This document shows positions 9,381 to 18,980 of a stretch of 64,000 nucleotides of DNA, one piece after another (position 1 is the first letter of the stretch; the number at the start of each line of letters is the position of its first letter). The stretch comes from an uncultured delta proteobacterium (GTDB taxonomy: Bacteria; Desulfobacterota; Syntrophia; Syntrophales; UBA2185). Location: NCBI GenBank assembly GCA_963729715.1, contig CAVSPA010000010.1:96001-160000 (forward strand), given 5' to 3'. Below the pieces are notes generated by a model that saw only the letters and a list, made by a program, of their open reading frames with translations, was not told where the DNA came from and searched no databases. A program made the position numbers and the translations under genes.

Positions 9381-9769
9381 AAATTGATTATAGTATTGGA
9401 AATATAAATCCCTGAGTATATCAATCACTGACATCATCCTTTAGTAAGAAGGTGTTTCAAAACTGCATCGAAGAATAGAGTAATCATCTTTTTAATTTAT
9501 ATACCAATTATTCGTGCAGCAATCAATTGACAATATCATATAAATAGATACTCTCCTTTCATTGTATGAAAAAACGAACCCGGTTCGTTCTCTAACAATG
9601 TAATGGTAGGGTTGTTATGGAACTGAAACGGACTGAGTTATGATTGGTGCTGTAGATGTAAACTATATAACCTGGAAGTCGGGTAAATGATAACATAGCT
9701 GGTCTGGAAAAACTGGACAGGTGCATAAGTGGTAAAGTTGCTCTATAATGGACCCAAGGAGGAGTGGTT

Positions 9770-10072
9770 ATGAGCAAAAGACCGAGAAGGAATCATGCAC
9801 CGGCGTTCAAGGCGAAGGTGGCGTTGGAGGCCCTGAAGGGCGAGGAGACGCTCATTGAGCTATCCCAGCGGTACCAGGTACATCCGAACCAGATCACGGA
9901 GTGGAAGAAGCAGCTTCTTAAACATGCCCCGGAGATTTTCAGCAAGGACAGGAAGCCCGAACAAGTGCCGAGTGTCAAGGATCTTCACGCCAAGATCGGG
10001 CAGTTATCGATGGAGAACGATTTTTTATCCGTCGCGCTCGGTCGCATCGACGATGCGAGCGCAAAGCGATGA
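9770..10072 (+). CDS. IS3 transposase OrfA (HTH)
   Basis: RRNHAPAFKAKVALEA...VHPNQITEWKKQL. Slippery heptamer T TTT TTA at 10021-10027 gives a -1 shift in frame with orfB. Confidence 0.92.
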   Translation: MSKRPRRNHAPAFKAKVALEALKGEETLIELSQRYQVHPNQITEWKKQLLKHAPEIFSKDRKPEQVPSVKDLHAKIGQLSMENDFLSVALGRIDDASAKR

Positions 10073-10899
10073 TCGACAAGGGAGATAAACTTCCTGTGAC
10101 ACGGCAATGCGATCTTCTGGATTTGAGCAGATCTGGCGTCTACTACACTCCGGTGCCTCTGAGCGCTAAAGACATAGAGCTTATGCGCCAGATCGACGAG
10201 ATCCATTTAGCGTATCCGTTTTACGGAAGCCGGAAGATTCGCGACGAGCTGTGGGCAAGGGGCTATGAAGTTGGTCGTGACAGGGTGCGACGGCTGATGC
10301 GTAGGATGGGCATCGAGGCGCTGTACGTCAAACCGAAACTCTCGGCATCGCATCCTGGGCATGTGAAGTATCCCTACCTTCTCCGCGGCATTGAGATCAC
10401 GCGGGAAAACCATGTGTGGGCCGCCGACATAACTTATATTCCCATGGCAAAGGGATTCTGTTATCTTGTAGCGGTTATGGACTTGGCGAGCCGGATGGTG
10501 CTTTCCTGGCGGCTGTCCAACACACTGGACAGCACATTTTGTGTGGACGCCCTGGAAGAGGCTATCACCAGATACGGTTGCCCGGAGATATTCAACACGG
10601 ACCAGGGCAGCCAGTTCACCGTGGAAGCATTCACGGATATCCTCCGTTCAAATAGCATTTCAATCAGTATGGACGGGAGGGGCCGGTGGATGGACAACAT
10701 TTTTATCGAACGGCTGTGGAAAAGCGTCGAGTATGAGGATATTTATCTGAAAGCGTATGATTCAATCGTGGAGGTTCAAAAAGGACTTGCCACCTATTTC
10801 ACATTCTATAACGAAAAAAGATGGCATCAAAACTTTGACAGGAAGACCCCGGCTATGGTTTACTTCAGCACCCAACTGCAGAAACAGGCTGCAGCATGA
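10069..10899 (+). CDS. IS3 transposase OrfB (DDE integrase core)
   Basis: WAADITYI, FNTDQGSQF and DNIFIERLWKS motifs. Confidence 0.95.
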   Translation: MIDKGDKLPVTRQCDLLDLSRSGVYYTPVPLSAKDIELMRQIDEIHLAYPFYGSRKIRDELWARGYEVGRDRVRRLMRRMGIEALYVKPKLSASHPGHVKYPYLLRGIEITRENHVWAADITYIPMAKGFCYLVAVMDLASRMVLSWRLSNTLDSTFCVDALEEAITRYGCPEIFNTDQGSQFTVEAFTDILRSNSISISMDGRGRWMDNIFIERLWKSVEYEDIYLKAYDSIVEVQKGLATYFTFYNEKRWHQNFDRKTPAMVYFSTQLQKQAAA

Positions 10900-10965
10900 A
10901 CATCAACCCGGAGCAGTTTCCCACTTATAAATCCCTGTCCCCTGTCCTAAGAAACCAGACCACCT

Positions 10966-11231
10966 GTTTACCCCAAAAGAAGAGAGACTTTTTGAGTAAT
11001 ATCAGAGAGGAAACCGATAAGAAACGAAGGGAGCTTTATAATGAAATGGAGAGGGGGAAAATCACCCCTGAGGAATTTGCAGATGCGGTAAACAAATTAC
11101 ATGACGCTCAGTTATTACGGATTGCTGATCAGATACGAAGAGACGACTATATTAAGTTATTTGGTACACCACCGGAAAAGCCTATTCATCTTGCCGATCC
11201 CAAGTTTGCGAGTTTATTCTTTAAAAAATAA
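10966..11231 (+). pseudogene. C-terminal remnant of a gene cut by the IS3 element
   Basis: Protein-like reading frame (KKRDFLSNIREE...LFFKK) starts at the IS right end, and its apparent start lies inside the IS. Confidence 0.45.
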
Positions 11232-11454
11232 AAGATTAATGTCTCCCGAGTAAACTACCACCGACCTTGTCGGTGGCCTTCAAAATGCGGCAAGCCTACG
11301 GACAATGTCCTTCGCCTTGCCTGATAAGGGTTGAAACGGCTATTCTAAAATATTGTTCACCAACATTGTTGGTTCACTTAAGGTGTGGGGCCTCCGCCCC
11401 CACACCCCACCACTGACAATGTCAGTGGTTTTGACAGATAAATAAACTGATTTA

Positions 11455-11907
11455 TTAAGCCTTCAATTCAGACGTACAATGGGGACAGCGGGAAGCTTTT
11501 ATGGAAATGGTCGATAAACAATAGAGACATTCCTTGGTAGTAGGTATGGCCGGTTTCGTTGCCTCTTTTCTTTTCAATGCGTTGATCTGCTTGATGATAA
11601 GAAATACGGCAAATGCAATAATGAGAAAGCTTATGACTGTATTGCAGAACACACCGAGATTCATGGTAACTGCGCCGGCAGCCTTTGCGTCAGAGAGAGT
11701 AGCATAGGGGCCTGCTATCTTCCCTGATTTTATGACCATGAAGATGTTAGAGAAATCAACCCTGCCGAGGAGAAGTCCTATGGGCGGCATGATAATATCA
11801 TCAACCAGAGATTTTACTATTGTTCCAAAAGCAGCGCCGATGATAATGCCGACGGCCATATCGACCACATTACCACGCATTGCAAACTCTTTGAATTCTT
11901 TAAACAT
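11455..11907 (-). CDS. mscL: Large-conductance mechanosensitive channel
   Basis: [27 protein letters not shown] and a C-terminal CxxC...CPHC. Confidence 0.96.
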   Translation of the reverse strand: MFKEFKEFAMRGNVVDMAVGIIIGAAFGTIVKSLVDDIIMPPIGLLLGRVDFSNIFMVIKSGKIAGPYATLSDAKAAGAVTMNLGVFCNTVISFLIIAFAVFLIIKQINALKRKEATKPAIPTTKECLYCLSTISIKASRCPHCTSELKA

Positions 11908-11980
11908 GCCATATTCTCCTTTCTTAGCCATTAGGAGAAATAATCTCCAGGGGCCTTTATGAACGAGATATCTTTCAAAA

Positions 11981-12028
11981 ATAGAAGGCCTCTCACTTAG
12001 ATTTTACAGATATTGAGAGGCCTTCTAT
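11981..12028 (-). terminator. Intrinsic terminator after the OmpA gene
   Basis: 15-bp perfect stem ATAGAAGGCCTCTCA/TGAGAGGCCTTCTAT followed by a T-run on the minus strand. Confidence 0.7.
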
Positions 12029-12051
12029 GTTAAACGATCCAAGAATAGACA

Positions 12052-13218
12052 TTATCTCTCGATAGTATATTCTACAGCGGCTTCAACCCTCCTGTTTTTC
12101 TGTCTTCCTTCCTTGGTTGAATTGCTCGCAATAGGTTTTGAAGATCCAAAACCCTTTGCAGTTAGCCGGGATGGTTCAATGTTGAATTTAGTTACCATGA
12201 TATTTTTTATTGCTTCGGCACGCTTCTGGGAAAGATTAAGATTGTGTTTATTTCCCCCAACATTGTCTGTATGCCCTTCAATAACAATCTTCAGATCTGG
12301 ATATTTCTTCATAACCTCGGCAACACTCTGAATGTCTTTATAATATTTTTGCTTTACAACTGCTTTGCCAAAATCGAACTTGATATCCAGTGTGGCTCGA
12401 CCCTTTTCAAGTATCTTCTGCTCAACCTCAGGTGCTTTCTTCATCTCCTCTACTGGCAGCGGTGGTGGTGGTGGCGGCGGTGCCGGCACCTCGGCTGGCT
12501 TCTGGGTCAGGAATATTCTTTCCACAAAATTGGACATTGCTGAATCGTTTGCAAGGTCGTCACCCTTTACAGAGACTCCGCATTGTCCTGCCTTTACGAT
12601 CTTGTCGAGGGTTTTGGCTCCTTGTTCGTCATCTCCTATCTGGACGGTGTAGATGCATAGATTATCACCATACTGGCTCTTAATGTTCGCTGCTGCCTTC
12701 ACCGGCGCGTCGCCCATATCTACTCCATCCGTGAATATTACAAGCGCACTTTTGCCCTGTAGACCTTTCAGGTCGTTGCCTGCCGCCAAGATTACCACCT
12801 CAAGCGGGCTGTTCCCAAACGGGGTTTTCAATCTCTGTATAACCCCTTCAAGACTATCCGGGTCGTACTTTGTCATTCCATATTCTAATTTTGTGACGTT
12901 AAAATCCGAATAATTCTGACCTAATGTCCTCAGTCCGCCGTTGAGGCTCAAATCTGGAATGTAACTGTTAAATTTGCTGACGAGCGACTTTTCAATTAAA
13001 AACTTCTGCACCCCGCCATAGTTAAACTCCATCGATCCGGTCTTGTCGAAAATAATCTCGAAATTATTTGCGTTCTGAATGTACTGCCCTGATTTCGGCT
13101 TCATGCTTAGGTCACCAGCCTTAATGACAGGACTCGGCTTCTGTGTTGTGGCACACCCTATTAACAATGTGAATACTAAGAATGGAAATAGAATCCTGAA
13201 AATGCTTTTTGGGGACAT
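12052..13218 (-). CDS. OmpA-family lipoprotein with vWA-like domain
   Basis: Lipobox LIGC, DKTGSM and IFTDG vWA motifs, a Pro-rich linker, and IEGHTD...LSQKRA...NRRVE OmpA C-domain. Confidence 0.9.
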   Translation of the reverse strand: MSPKSIFRILFPFLVFTLLIGCATTQKPSPVIKAGDLSMKPKSGQYIQNANNFEIIFDKTGSMEFNYGGVQKFLIEKSLVSKFNSYIPDLSLNGGLRTLGQNYSDFNVTKLEYGMTKYDPDSLEGVIQRLKTPFGNSPLEVVILAAGNDLKGLQGKSALVIFTDGVDMGDAPVKAAANIKSQYGDNLCIYTVQIGDDEQGAKTLDKIVKAGQCGVSVKGDDLANDSAMSNFVERIFLTQKPAEVPAPPPPPPPLPVEEMKKAPEVEQKILEKGRATLDIKFDFGKAVVKQKYYKDIQSVAEVMKKYPDLKIVIEGHTDNVGGNKHNLNLSQKRAEAIKNIMVTKFNIEPSRLTAKGFGSSKPIASNSTKEGRQKNRRVEAAVEYTIER

Positions 13219-13477
13219 GTCTCTTCCTTTCAAAAACTTTTTTTGTGATTGGTCTTGTGCCGTCTGCAACGAATTAGCATTGAATCCGCTTTTATCACGG
13301 ACTGTGGCAGTCTTGAATTAAAAGATGAGATTTCATGAATCATCTCATTTCATAATAGGCAGGGCAGGAAACTGTATATGCGAGTCAGCTACTCAATATT
13401 ATTTTAAAAATAGATTTTAATTCAGGCTGAGTCAAGAAAAAAGTTTGAACTTTCAAGTAAACTTGACATTATATAAA

Positions 13478-13598
13478 TGGCTGATTTTAGTGGTTCAATG
13501 TAAATACAATGATGCTGAATGGATATTGATAACCGGTTGTAATCTTTAGAGGAACAATTTGAGTTGTGGTAGATGGGGATGGTGAGTAGAACTTCCTG
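13478..13598 (+). repeat. 121-bp non-coding direct repeat, copy 1
   Basis: Aligns without gaps to 15118-15238 with 17 mismatches by hand count (about 86% identity). Confidence 0.9.
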
Positions 13599-13614
13599 AA
13601 GTCAACAAACTGCC

Positions 13615-13773
13615 ATCTTTGATTTTCATTGTAGCTTTCAAATTGTAATCATGATAATCAAAGGCGTAATATGTAACATCAGAGATTAAGAGTCATAAAC
13701 CCTTTAACATTGCGTGAGGGTCATATGGACTGATTACCGAAACCCCGTTTCTCAGAAGAGTGCGGGGTTTTTG
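13615..13773 (+). promoter_or_regulatory. Promoter, structured leader and terminator module, copy 2
   Basis: Homologous to the reverse complement of 6421-6592. Confidence 0.65.
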
Positions 13774-13844
13774 CTTGTTAAGGATTATGAGAAATAATTA
13801 TTATGGCATTCACTTTGCTCTAGTAAGCAGAAGAGGTTATAAGA

Positions 13845-14435
13845 ATGAATCAACCGGCTTCGGTACAAGAAACTCCCCTCGTGATTCTGATAGGAAATCG
13901 GAAAGCGATGTCAATCGGTATTTGGATATTAGTATTAATTATTCCGTGGTCTATATTTGGCATAATTCTGCCAGTCTTGACGACGGGAGACTATAACTCA
14001 GTTTGGCCAGCTAGTACGGTAAGTAATGTTAGGAACATTTTAATGTTTTACTTAGCTTGGATCGTCCTTCTATTTGCACCAGTTTTTTTGGTACTAACAC
14101 TGGGCAAAGCGGGAACTTATTATTTTTATAGCGACAGGGCGGAGCTACGCACTTATTGGATAAAAAGAAAATTAATGATTCCATATAATCGCATGCATGT
14201 TATCCGGCGAAGTGGGCGGATACTGATGACTGCGCAGAGTCTCCCCAGTTGGTCACACCCCCTGCTGCGCTTTAAGGAGGAGTATTGGAATAGTCTGTTT
14301 TTTGCAACCATTTTCGATGATCCAAAGATTGCAGGCATGAAAGCAGGTTTAACGCGAACATGGGAAAACCCTGAAGATGGTCCAAAGGTATTAGAGATTC
14401 TGAAGGAAAGAGCTTTTTCATTCATAGAAAAATAG
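13845..14435 (+). CDS. Hypothetical 2-TM membrane protein
   Basis: GAGG RBS, two TM segments followed by a soluble domain. Confidence 0.65.
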   Translation: MNQPASVQETPLVILIGNRKAMSIGIWILVLIIPWSIFGIILPVLTTGDYNSVWPASTVSNVRNILMFYLAWIVLLFAPVFLVLTLGKAGTYYFYSDRAELRTYWIKRKLMIPYNRMHVIRRSGRILMTAQSLPSWSHPLLRFKEEYWNSLFFATIFDDPKIAGMKAGLTRTWENPEDGPKVLEILKERAFSFIEK

Positions 14436-14471
14436 ACATTCGTTTTCCGTCAGAGTGAGGGAGTTGATTGT

Positions 14472-15032
14472 ATGGATACTAAAGATGTTCAAAAGACGAA
14501 CCCATTTGAGAAGCCCTTATTTGTACTGAGATATGTTCCCTGGCGTATCGTTTGGCGTCTCTTTATACCTATTATCCCTATAGGCTTGTCATCATTTTAT
14601 GTCACCTTTGCTATCGGCATTTTTAAATACCCCTCAGACCTGGCTCACCAACTTGGGCGGATCGTAGCTTTCATGATGGTTATAGGCTGCTTATGGGTTA
14701 TCTACGACATGTTGGGTATGGAGGGGGTATATCTATATAAGGACCAGGTGATCAAACGTTACAGGTGGGGAAGAGAGAACAAGGTCATTTTAGGTAGGGC
14801 AAAGTATAATAATACAGCGACCTGGTTCATGGAAATAATCGCAATTTTTGACGAAAGCCGCCCGCTTTTTTTGCGTAGTTTCAAGGATGTTTTTTTTGAC
14901 GGAATGTTGGCAGCACCGAGAGACGTGAAAAAATTCAAGGAGATATTATCCGAGATCGCGCGAACAAAAATTGAAGACCTTGACAGCAACTTCTTTCCGA
15001 CAAAACTGATACAAAAAGAAGATGAGTCATGA
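14472..15032 (+). CDS. Hypothetical 2-TM membrane protein, possibly a distant paralog of 13845..14435
   Basis: Same topology; EKPLFVL versus ETPLVIL near the N-terminus. Confidence 0.6.
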   Translation: MDTKDVQKTNPFEKPLFVLRYVPWRIVWRLFIPIIPIGLSSFYVTFAIGIFKYPSDLAHQLGRIVAFMMVIGCLWVIYDMLGMEGVYLYKDQVIKRYRWGRENKVILGRAKYNNTATWFMEIIAIFDESRPLFLRSFKDVFFDGMLAAPRDVKKFKEILSEIARTKIEDLDSNFFPTKLIQKEDES

Positions 15033-15117
15033 CTAGCGCTGCCCCGTGGCAGGCCTAATAAGGCCGAAGAATCGCGTGCTGTCCCTATTTAACCCAAGCA
15101 AAATGTAGTGTGTATTG

Positions 15118-15238
15118 TGGCTGATTTTCGTGGTTCAATGTAAATACAATGATCCTGGGTGCATGCTGATAACCGGTTGTAATCATTATGGGAGCAATTT
15201 CAGCTATGATAGATGGGGTGGGTGAGTAGAACTTCCTG
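15118..15238 (+). repeat. 121-bp non-coding direct repeat, copy 2
   Basis: See 13478-13598. Confidence 0.9.
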
Positions 15239-15399
15239 TTATGTAGCATCAGACGGTTTTCCAAGACATACTCTGTTTCAACTGATAATCATTGTTTTCT
15301 TTTGAGAAAAAATAACGTGTGCTATAATGATATCCAAATTATCGGGGAAAAAGAACAGCATATATAAATTAGGCGGGCGGTATTTAAAAGGAGAAATAA

Positions 15400-15828
15400 G
15401 TGCGACGGCATTTTGAAAAATCAATATTATTGGGGTTGCTATTTATTTGTTATTTTTCGATGGAAGGTCTCATTGATCGCGTGGCAATGGCAAATGATTA
15501 TACAGGAAAATACACTAGAGAAACGGATAATGAGAGCGCCGATATTGTTATTAATAAAATTAATAATGGAAAGTATCATATTAAAGGCTTTGCGTTATGG
15601 GGCACTAAAAGCACTAATGCGCCGAATATTGGTGAATTAGATTTTACATCAAAAATTAATAAAGGTAGGATTCATTACACTCGCTATAAAGGAACGACGA
15701 ACGGCAAAAAAGAATACTACATACTGAATATTGCATTCAATAAAAGAGGATTGGTCGCAAAAGAAAAGAACTGGGCTGGATTCTTCGGAATGAATGTTCA
15801 ATTTACCGGGACATATATTAAAAAATAA
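15400..15828 (+). CDS. Hypothetical secreted protein (very AT-rich)
   Basis: AGGAG RBS, GTG start, signal peptide. Confidence 0.65.
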   Translation: MRRHFEKSILLGLLFICYFSMEGLIDRVAMANDYTGKYTRETDNESADIVINKINNGKYHIKGFALWGTKSTNAPNIGELDFTSKINKGRIHYTRYKGTTNGKKEYYILNIAFNKRGLVAKEKNWAGFFGMNVQFTGTYIKK

Positions 15829-15884
15829 CACCGCATTTGCGATTTTATACAGACTGTATAAACATTGCTGGGGTAATAAATACT

Positions 15885-16394
15885 ATGGTCAAATCATTCT
15901 ATTTAGCACTTGTTGTAGCTACGTTCTTAGGATTATGCATTCCTTGTATGGCTGGCAGCGACTAGCCTCTAATGGCACTTAGATACGAACAATACCCGGT
16001 AAAGAACATTTTCAAAGGTAAACCTGCCGTGCCGCGATTGGAGGATCCCGATGCAAGAATGTACAGAACAGCGATTCGACGACAAGCGGTATCCGGTCCT
16101 GACTTTGCGGGGGAATACACTATTGTTAAACATGGCTGTGGCGCCTGCTGTCAGGGTTTCTTCATTATAAATGCTCGAACAGGTAAGGTGTATAAACGTC
16201 CGTTTGGCCTATCATGTCACTACAAGGAAGGAGTACCGGGATATGGATTAGTTGGACTCCATTACCGTCTTGACAGTAAGCTCCTTATTGCTAGGGGTGC
16301 GCGGAACGAACAAGGCGGTGGTGAATATTATTATGTGTGGGAAAACGATCATCTAAAGTTGCTAAAGTCACTTGAAGAACCGATTAAGCAATGA
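15885..16394 (+). pseudogene. Secreted protein interrupted by an in-frame TAG at 15963-15965
   Basis: ATG 15885 gives the signal peptide MVKSFYLALVVATFLGLCIPCMAGSD, then TAG, then PL and ORF 15972..16394 in the same frame. Confidence 0.6.
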
Positions 16395-16404
16395 GTCTTA
16401 TTTT

Positions 16405-16468
16405 AGCCCTAACCAGACGTTGGAGCTAATCGGCGATAAAGCAGGTCGCTGGCTCAACTCTATGTGGA
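16405..16468 (+). other. Degenerate attC-like site
   Basis: GCCCTAACCAGACGTTGGAGCT...GGCTCAACTCTATGT, directly after a stop codon. Confidence 0.5.
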
Positions 16469-16500
16469 CCAGACTAAAGAAAAGAAACTGGGAGCAAACT

Positions 16501-16908
16501 GTGACCATTAATGTGAATCCTGTTCGGTTGTTTTACTGTGTTGCGATGGCGTTTGTGCTTTTTCAGCCCGTTGTTGGGCACGCACAATCGAGCCAGACGG
16601 AGAGACAACAGGCTGAGGCAATGCAATTTGGATTGTTATTGGGTGCCTCGGCGATTCAGTATGACCAATGCGTCGCTAGAGGATATATTTCTCCAGGGTC
16701 TCAAAAGGCTGAAGACTTAGCCAGACAGTTCATAAAGACTTCTAAACAAGCAGCACCAAATGAGGAAAAAGAGAATTATGCCAACGTACAAAAAGGATGG
16801 GATCTCGCCAAACAGAAAATCAACGAACAAGGTCCCAAATATTGGGAAGACAACTGTGTAAGAATCAACGAACAGTGGAATAAGTATCTGAAGATGTTAA
16901 AGCAGTAG
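16501..16908 (+). CDS. Hypothetical secreted protein
   Basis: Signal peptide ending VGHA. Start placed downstream of the attC-like site. Confidence 0.6.
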   Translation: MTINVNPVRLFYCVAMAFVLFQPVVGHAQSSQTERQQAEAMQFGLLLGASAIQYDQCVARGYISPGSQKAEDLARQFIKTSKQAAPNEEKENYANVQKGWDLAKQKINEQGPKYWEDNCVRINEQWNKYLKMLKQ

Positions 16909-16982
16909 CAGTCGCCTTTGTGGAAGACGTTGGGAGGTACAGTATCACCAGAGAATGGACAGAATGAAATGCATAATCCACC

Positions 16983-17039
16983 GTCTAACCCTTAATGCAG
17001 ACGACTCGATACATTTGCGGCTGATTTTTGTATTAGCAG
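16983..17039 (+). other. Degenerate attC-like site
   Basis: GTCTAACCCTTAATGCAGACGAC...GCGGCTGATTTTTGTATTAGC; the core GTT appears mutated to ATT. Confidence 0.5.
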
Positions 17040-17224
17040 TTTTCAACCAGTAATTGTTATATTTTATCGCACCTTGGTCTCCAACAGTTGTAGGTGACAG
17101 CTGCATCCCTTCAATAAAGACAAAATTGCCAGCGCCCATTATTCTCCATATCTTTAGCCTGTAGAAGATTCTATTCTCTCCGGAACCCCGAAGACCTCAC
17201 AGACAAAGAATATGGAGGTGCGTC

Positions 17225-18064
17225 ATGACGACACAAGAAGCGATAACCCTGTTCAAATATTATCTTCAAGCAAACCACAAAGAGAGAACCATTGACAGCT
17301 ACAGCCTTCTGCTTGACAGGTTCAATGCGATTCATGGAGAGAGACTACTGGAGGATATCAGTCCCGATGAGATCTTCCATTTTCTGGAAAGTGTGACGCA
17401 GAAGCTGTCTAAATCCACACGGAGGCTCCGGTATGCCCAGATAAAATCCTTTTATAACTTCATCATCGACCGCTGCTCACTGAATATGAGGAATCCCTGC
17501 AACACGACGCTGCTCAGCAAGGCCTTCAGGGCACCGAAACAGTTGCCACGCAAGATCCTCGACAGGGAAACGGTGGAAGAAATGATCTACAACGCGAAAA
17601 GGCAGCGTGACCGGTTGCTACTGGAACTTCAGGCGCGATGTGGATTGAGAATCGGTGAATTGCTGAAGATCAAGGTGTCGGATGTCTCTGACAGAACCAT
17701 CACCCTTAGAGAACCCAAATCAGGCAAGGAGGTAGAAATGGCCTACATGCCGGAGAACGTTTCGAGGAAGCTGGCGGAATACGTCAAGGAGAAGGCCCTT
17801 CAAGGAGAGGATCGGATATTCGCCATCTGCTATTCGACAGCAAGATCCCTTGTCAGAGGGCTGGGAGCCAAGTTGAATGTCCATGTGTCACCCCATGATC
17901 TCCGGAGATACTCAGCCACTTATGCCAGCAGAAACGGTGTTCCCCTGGAAGTAGTATCGAAGGTAATCTTGAGGCACCAGGATTTAAAGACAACGCAGGT
18001 CTACCTCGGGAAGATCACCGATTCCGAAGCGATCCGATGGATGGACATCCTTCACGAAAAATAG
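17225..18064 (+). CDS. Tyrosine recombinase (XerC/D-like integrase)
   Basis: GLRIGE, HDLRR, LRH and TTQVY catalytic residues intact; GGAGG RBS. Confidence 0.92.
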   Translation: MTTQEAITLFKYYLQANHKERTIDSYSLLLDRFNAIHGERLLEDISPDEIFHFLESVTQKLSKSTRRLRYAQIKSFYNFIIDRCSLNMRNPCNTTLLSKAFRAPKQLPRKILDRETVEEMIYNAKRQRDRLLLELQARCGLRIGELLKIKVSDVSDRTITLREPKSGKEVEMAYMPENVSRKLAEYVKEKALQGEDRIFAICYSTARSLVRGLGAKLNVHVSPHDLRRYSATYASRNGVPLEVVSKVILRHQDLKTTQVYLGKITDSEAIRWMDILHEK

Positions 18065-18276
18065 GATCATTCAACATAACCAATTGGAACATGGAGGTCT
18101 TTGGGGTTCATAAATCATGTCCAGATCACCCCTAATGCGTTATCTTATCATCAGAAACTGCGAGTTTCATCCTGATAATATCAACCATTTATTCAGAAAA
18201 ATCTGAATAGTTCAAACGGTATTCAGCGATGCAAAAAACTGTTGACTTGATATTCCTTGGAGGTTATATTCCTTCC

Positions 18277-18642
18277 ATGGCATGGGAAGTTGAATATACT
18301 GATGAATTTGAAGCATGGTGGATTGGTCTGACCGAGGAAGAACAGATCGATATTGATGCGGTTGTCGGTTTATTGGAAGAAAAGGGGCCTCATCTGCCGT
18401 ACCCTTATAGTTCAGATGTCAAAGGAACCAAGTACGGATCAATAAGGGAGTTACGGATTCAGCATAAAGGTAAACCGTATAGAGTCCTTTATGCCTTCGA
18501 TCCTCGCAGAGCGGCAATTCTACTTATTGGCGGCAGAAAGACAGGTGGTACGCGTTGGTATGAAAAATACGTGTCTGTGGCTGAAAGAATCTATGAGGAA
18601 CATTTGAAGTCTTTAAAAGATGAACAAGGGGGCGCATTATGA
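18277..18642 (+). CDS. higB: HigB/RelE-like (Gp49-type) toxin
   Basis: GP.L.YPYS..VKG, ELRIQHKGKPYRVLYAFDPRR.AILL.GG; toxin-first gene order. Confidence 0.88.
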   Translation: MAWEVEYTDEFEAWWIGLTEEEQIDIDAVVGLLEEKGPHLPYPYSSDVKGTKYGSIRELRIQHKGKPYRVLYAFDPRRAAILLIGGRKTGGTRWYEKYVSVAERIYEEHLKSLKDEQGGAL

Positions 18643-18980
18643 GCAAGCCTTACTCTATGCTGAGAGGAAAAATGAAACCCGCAGCACGAAAAGAAGCAGC
18701 GAAGAAGACAAAGGCCTTACTTGATGCAATGCCTTTGCAGGAATTGCGTCATGCCAGGAATTTGAGCCAGGAACAACTTGCACAAACATTGTCTGTCAGG
18801 CAGGCTGCAGTATCAAAGCTTGAAAAGCGGACAGACATGTATATCAGCACATTAAGAAATTTTATCAAGGCCATGGGAGGCGACCTGGAGATCATCGCCA
18901 AATTTCCTGATGGGTCTGTTCAGATCAGTCAATTTGAAGACATTGCTGCGAAGACAGAAAAGAGTAATGTACCGGCGTAA
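18639..18980 (+). CDS. higA: XRE-family HigA-like antitoxin
   Basis: LQELR...SQEQLA..L...QAAVSKLEKRTDMYISTLR; ATGA overlap with the toxin gene. Confidence 0.88.
   Translation: MSKPYSMLRGKMKPAARKEAAKKTKALLDAMPLQELRHARNLSQEQLAQTLSVRQAAVSKLEKRTDMYISTLRNFIKAMGGDLEIIAKFPDGSVQISQFEDIAAKTEKSNVPA

Larger units (their letters stand above)
9697..10965 (+). mobile_element. IS3-family insertion sequence
   Basis: orfA plus orfB. Imperfect terminal IRs: AGCTGGTCTGG-N7-GGACAGG (9697) and AGGTGGTCTGG-N7-GGACAGG (reverse complement ending 10965). No clear target duplication. Confidence 0.9.

Noticed and set aside
10021..10027. IS3 -1 frameshift site as a novelty
   Set aside because: Real but standard for the IS3 family; recorded under features.
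17225..18064. Integron integrase IntI
   Set aside because: It is short, lacks an evident IntI-specific insertion, and is not in the usual divergent position ahead of the cassettes.
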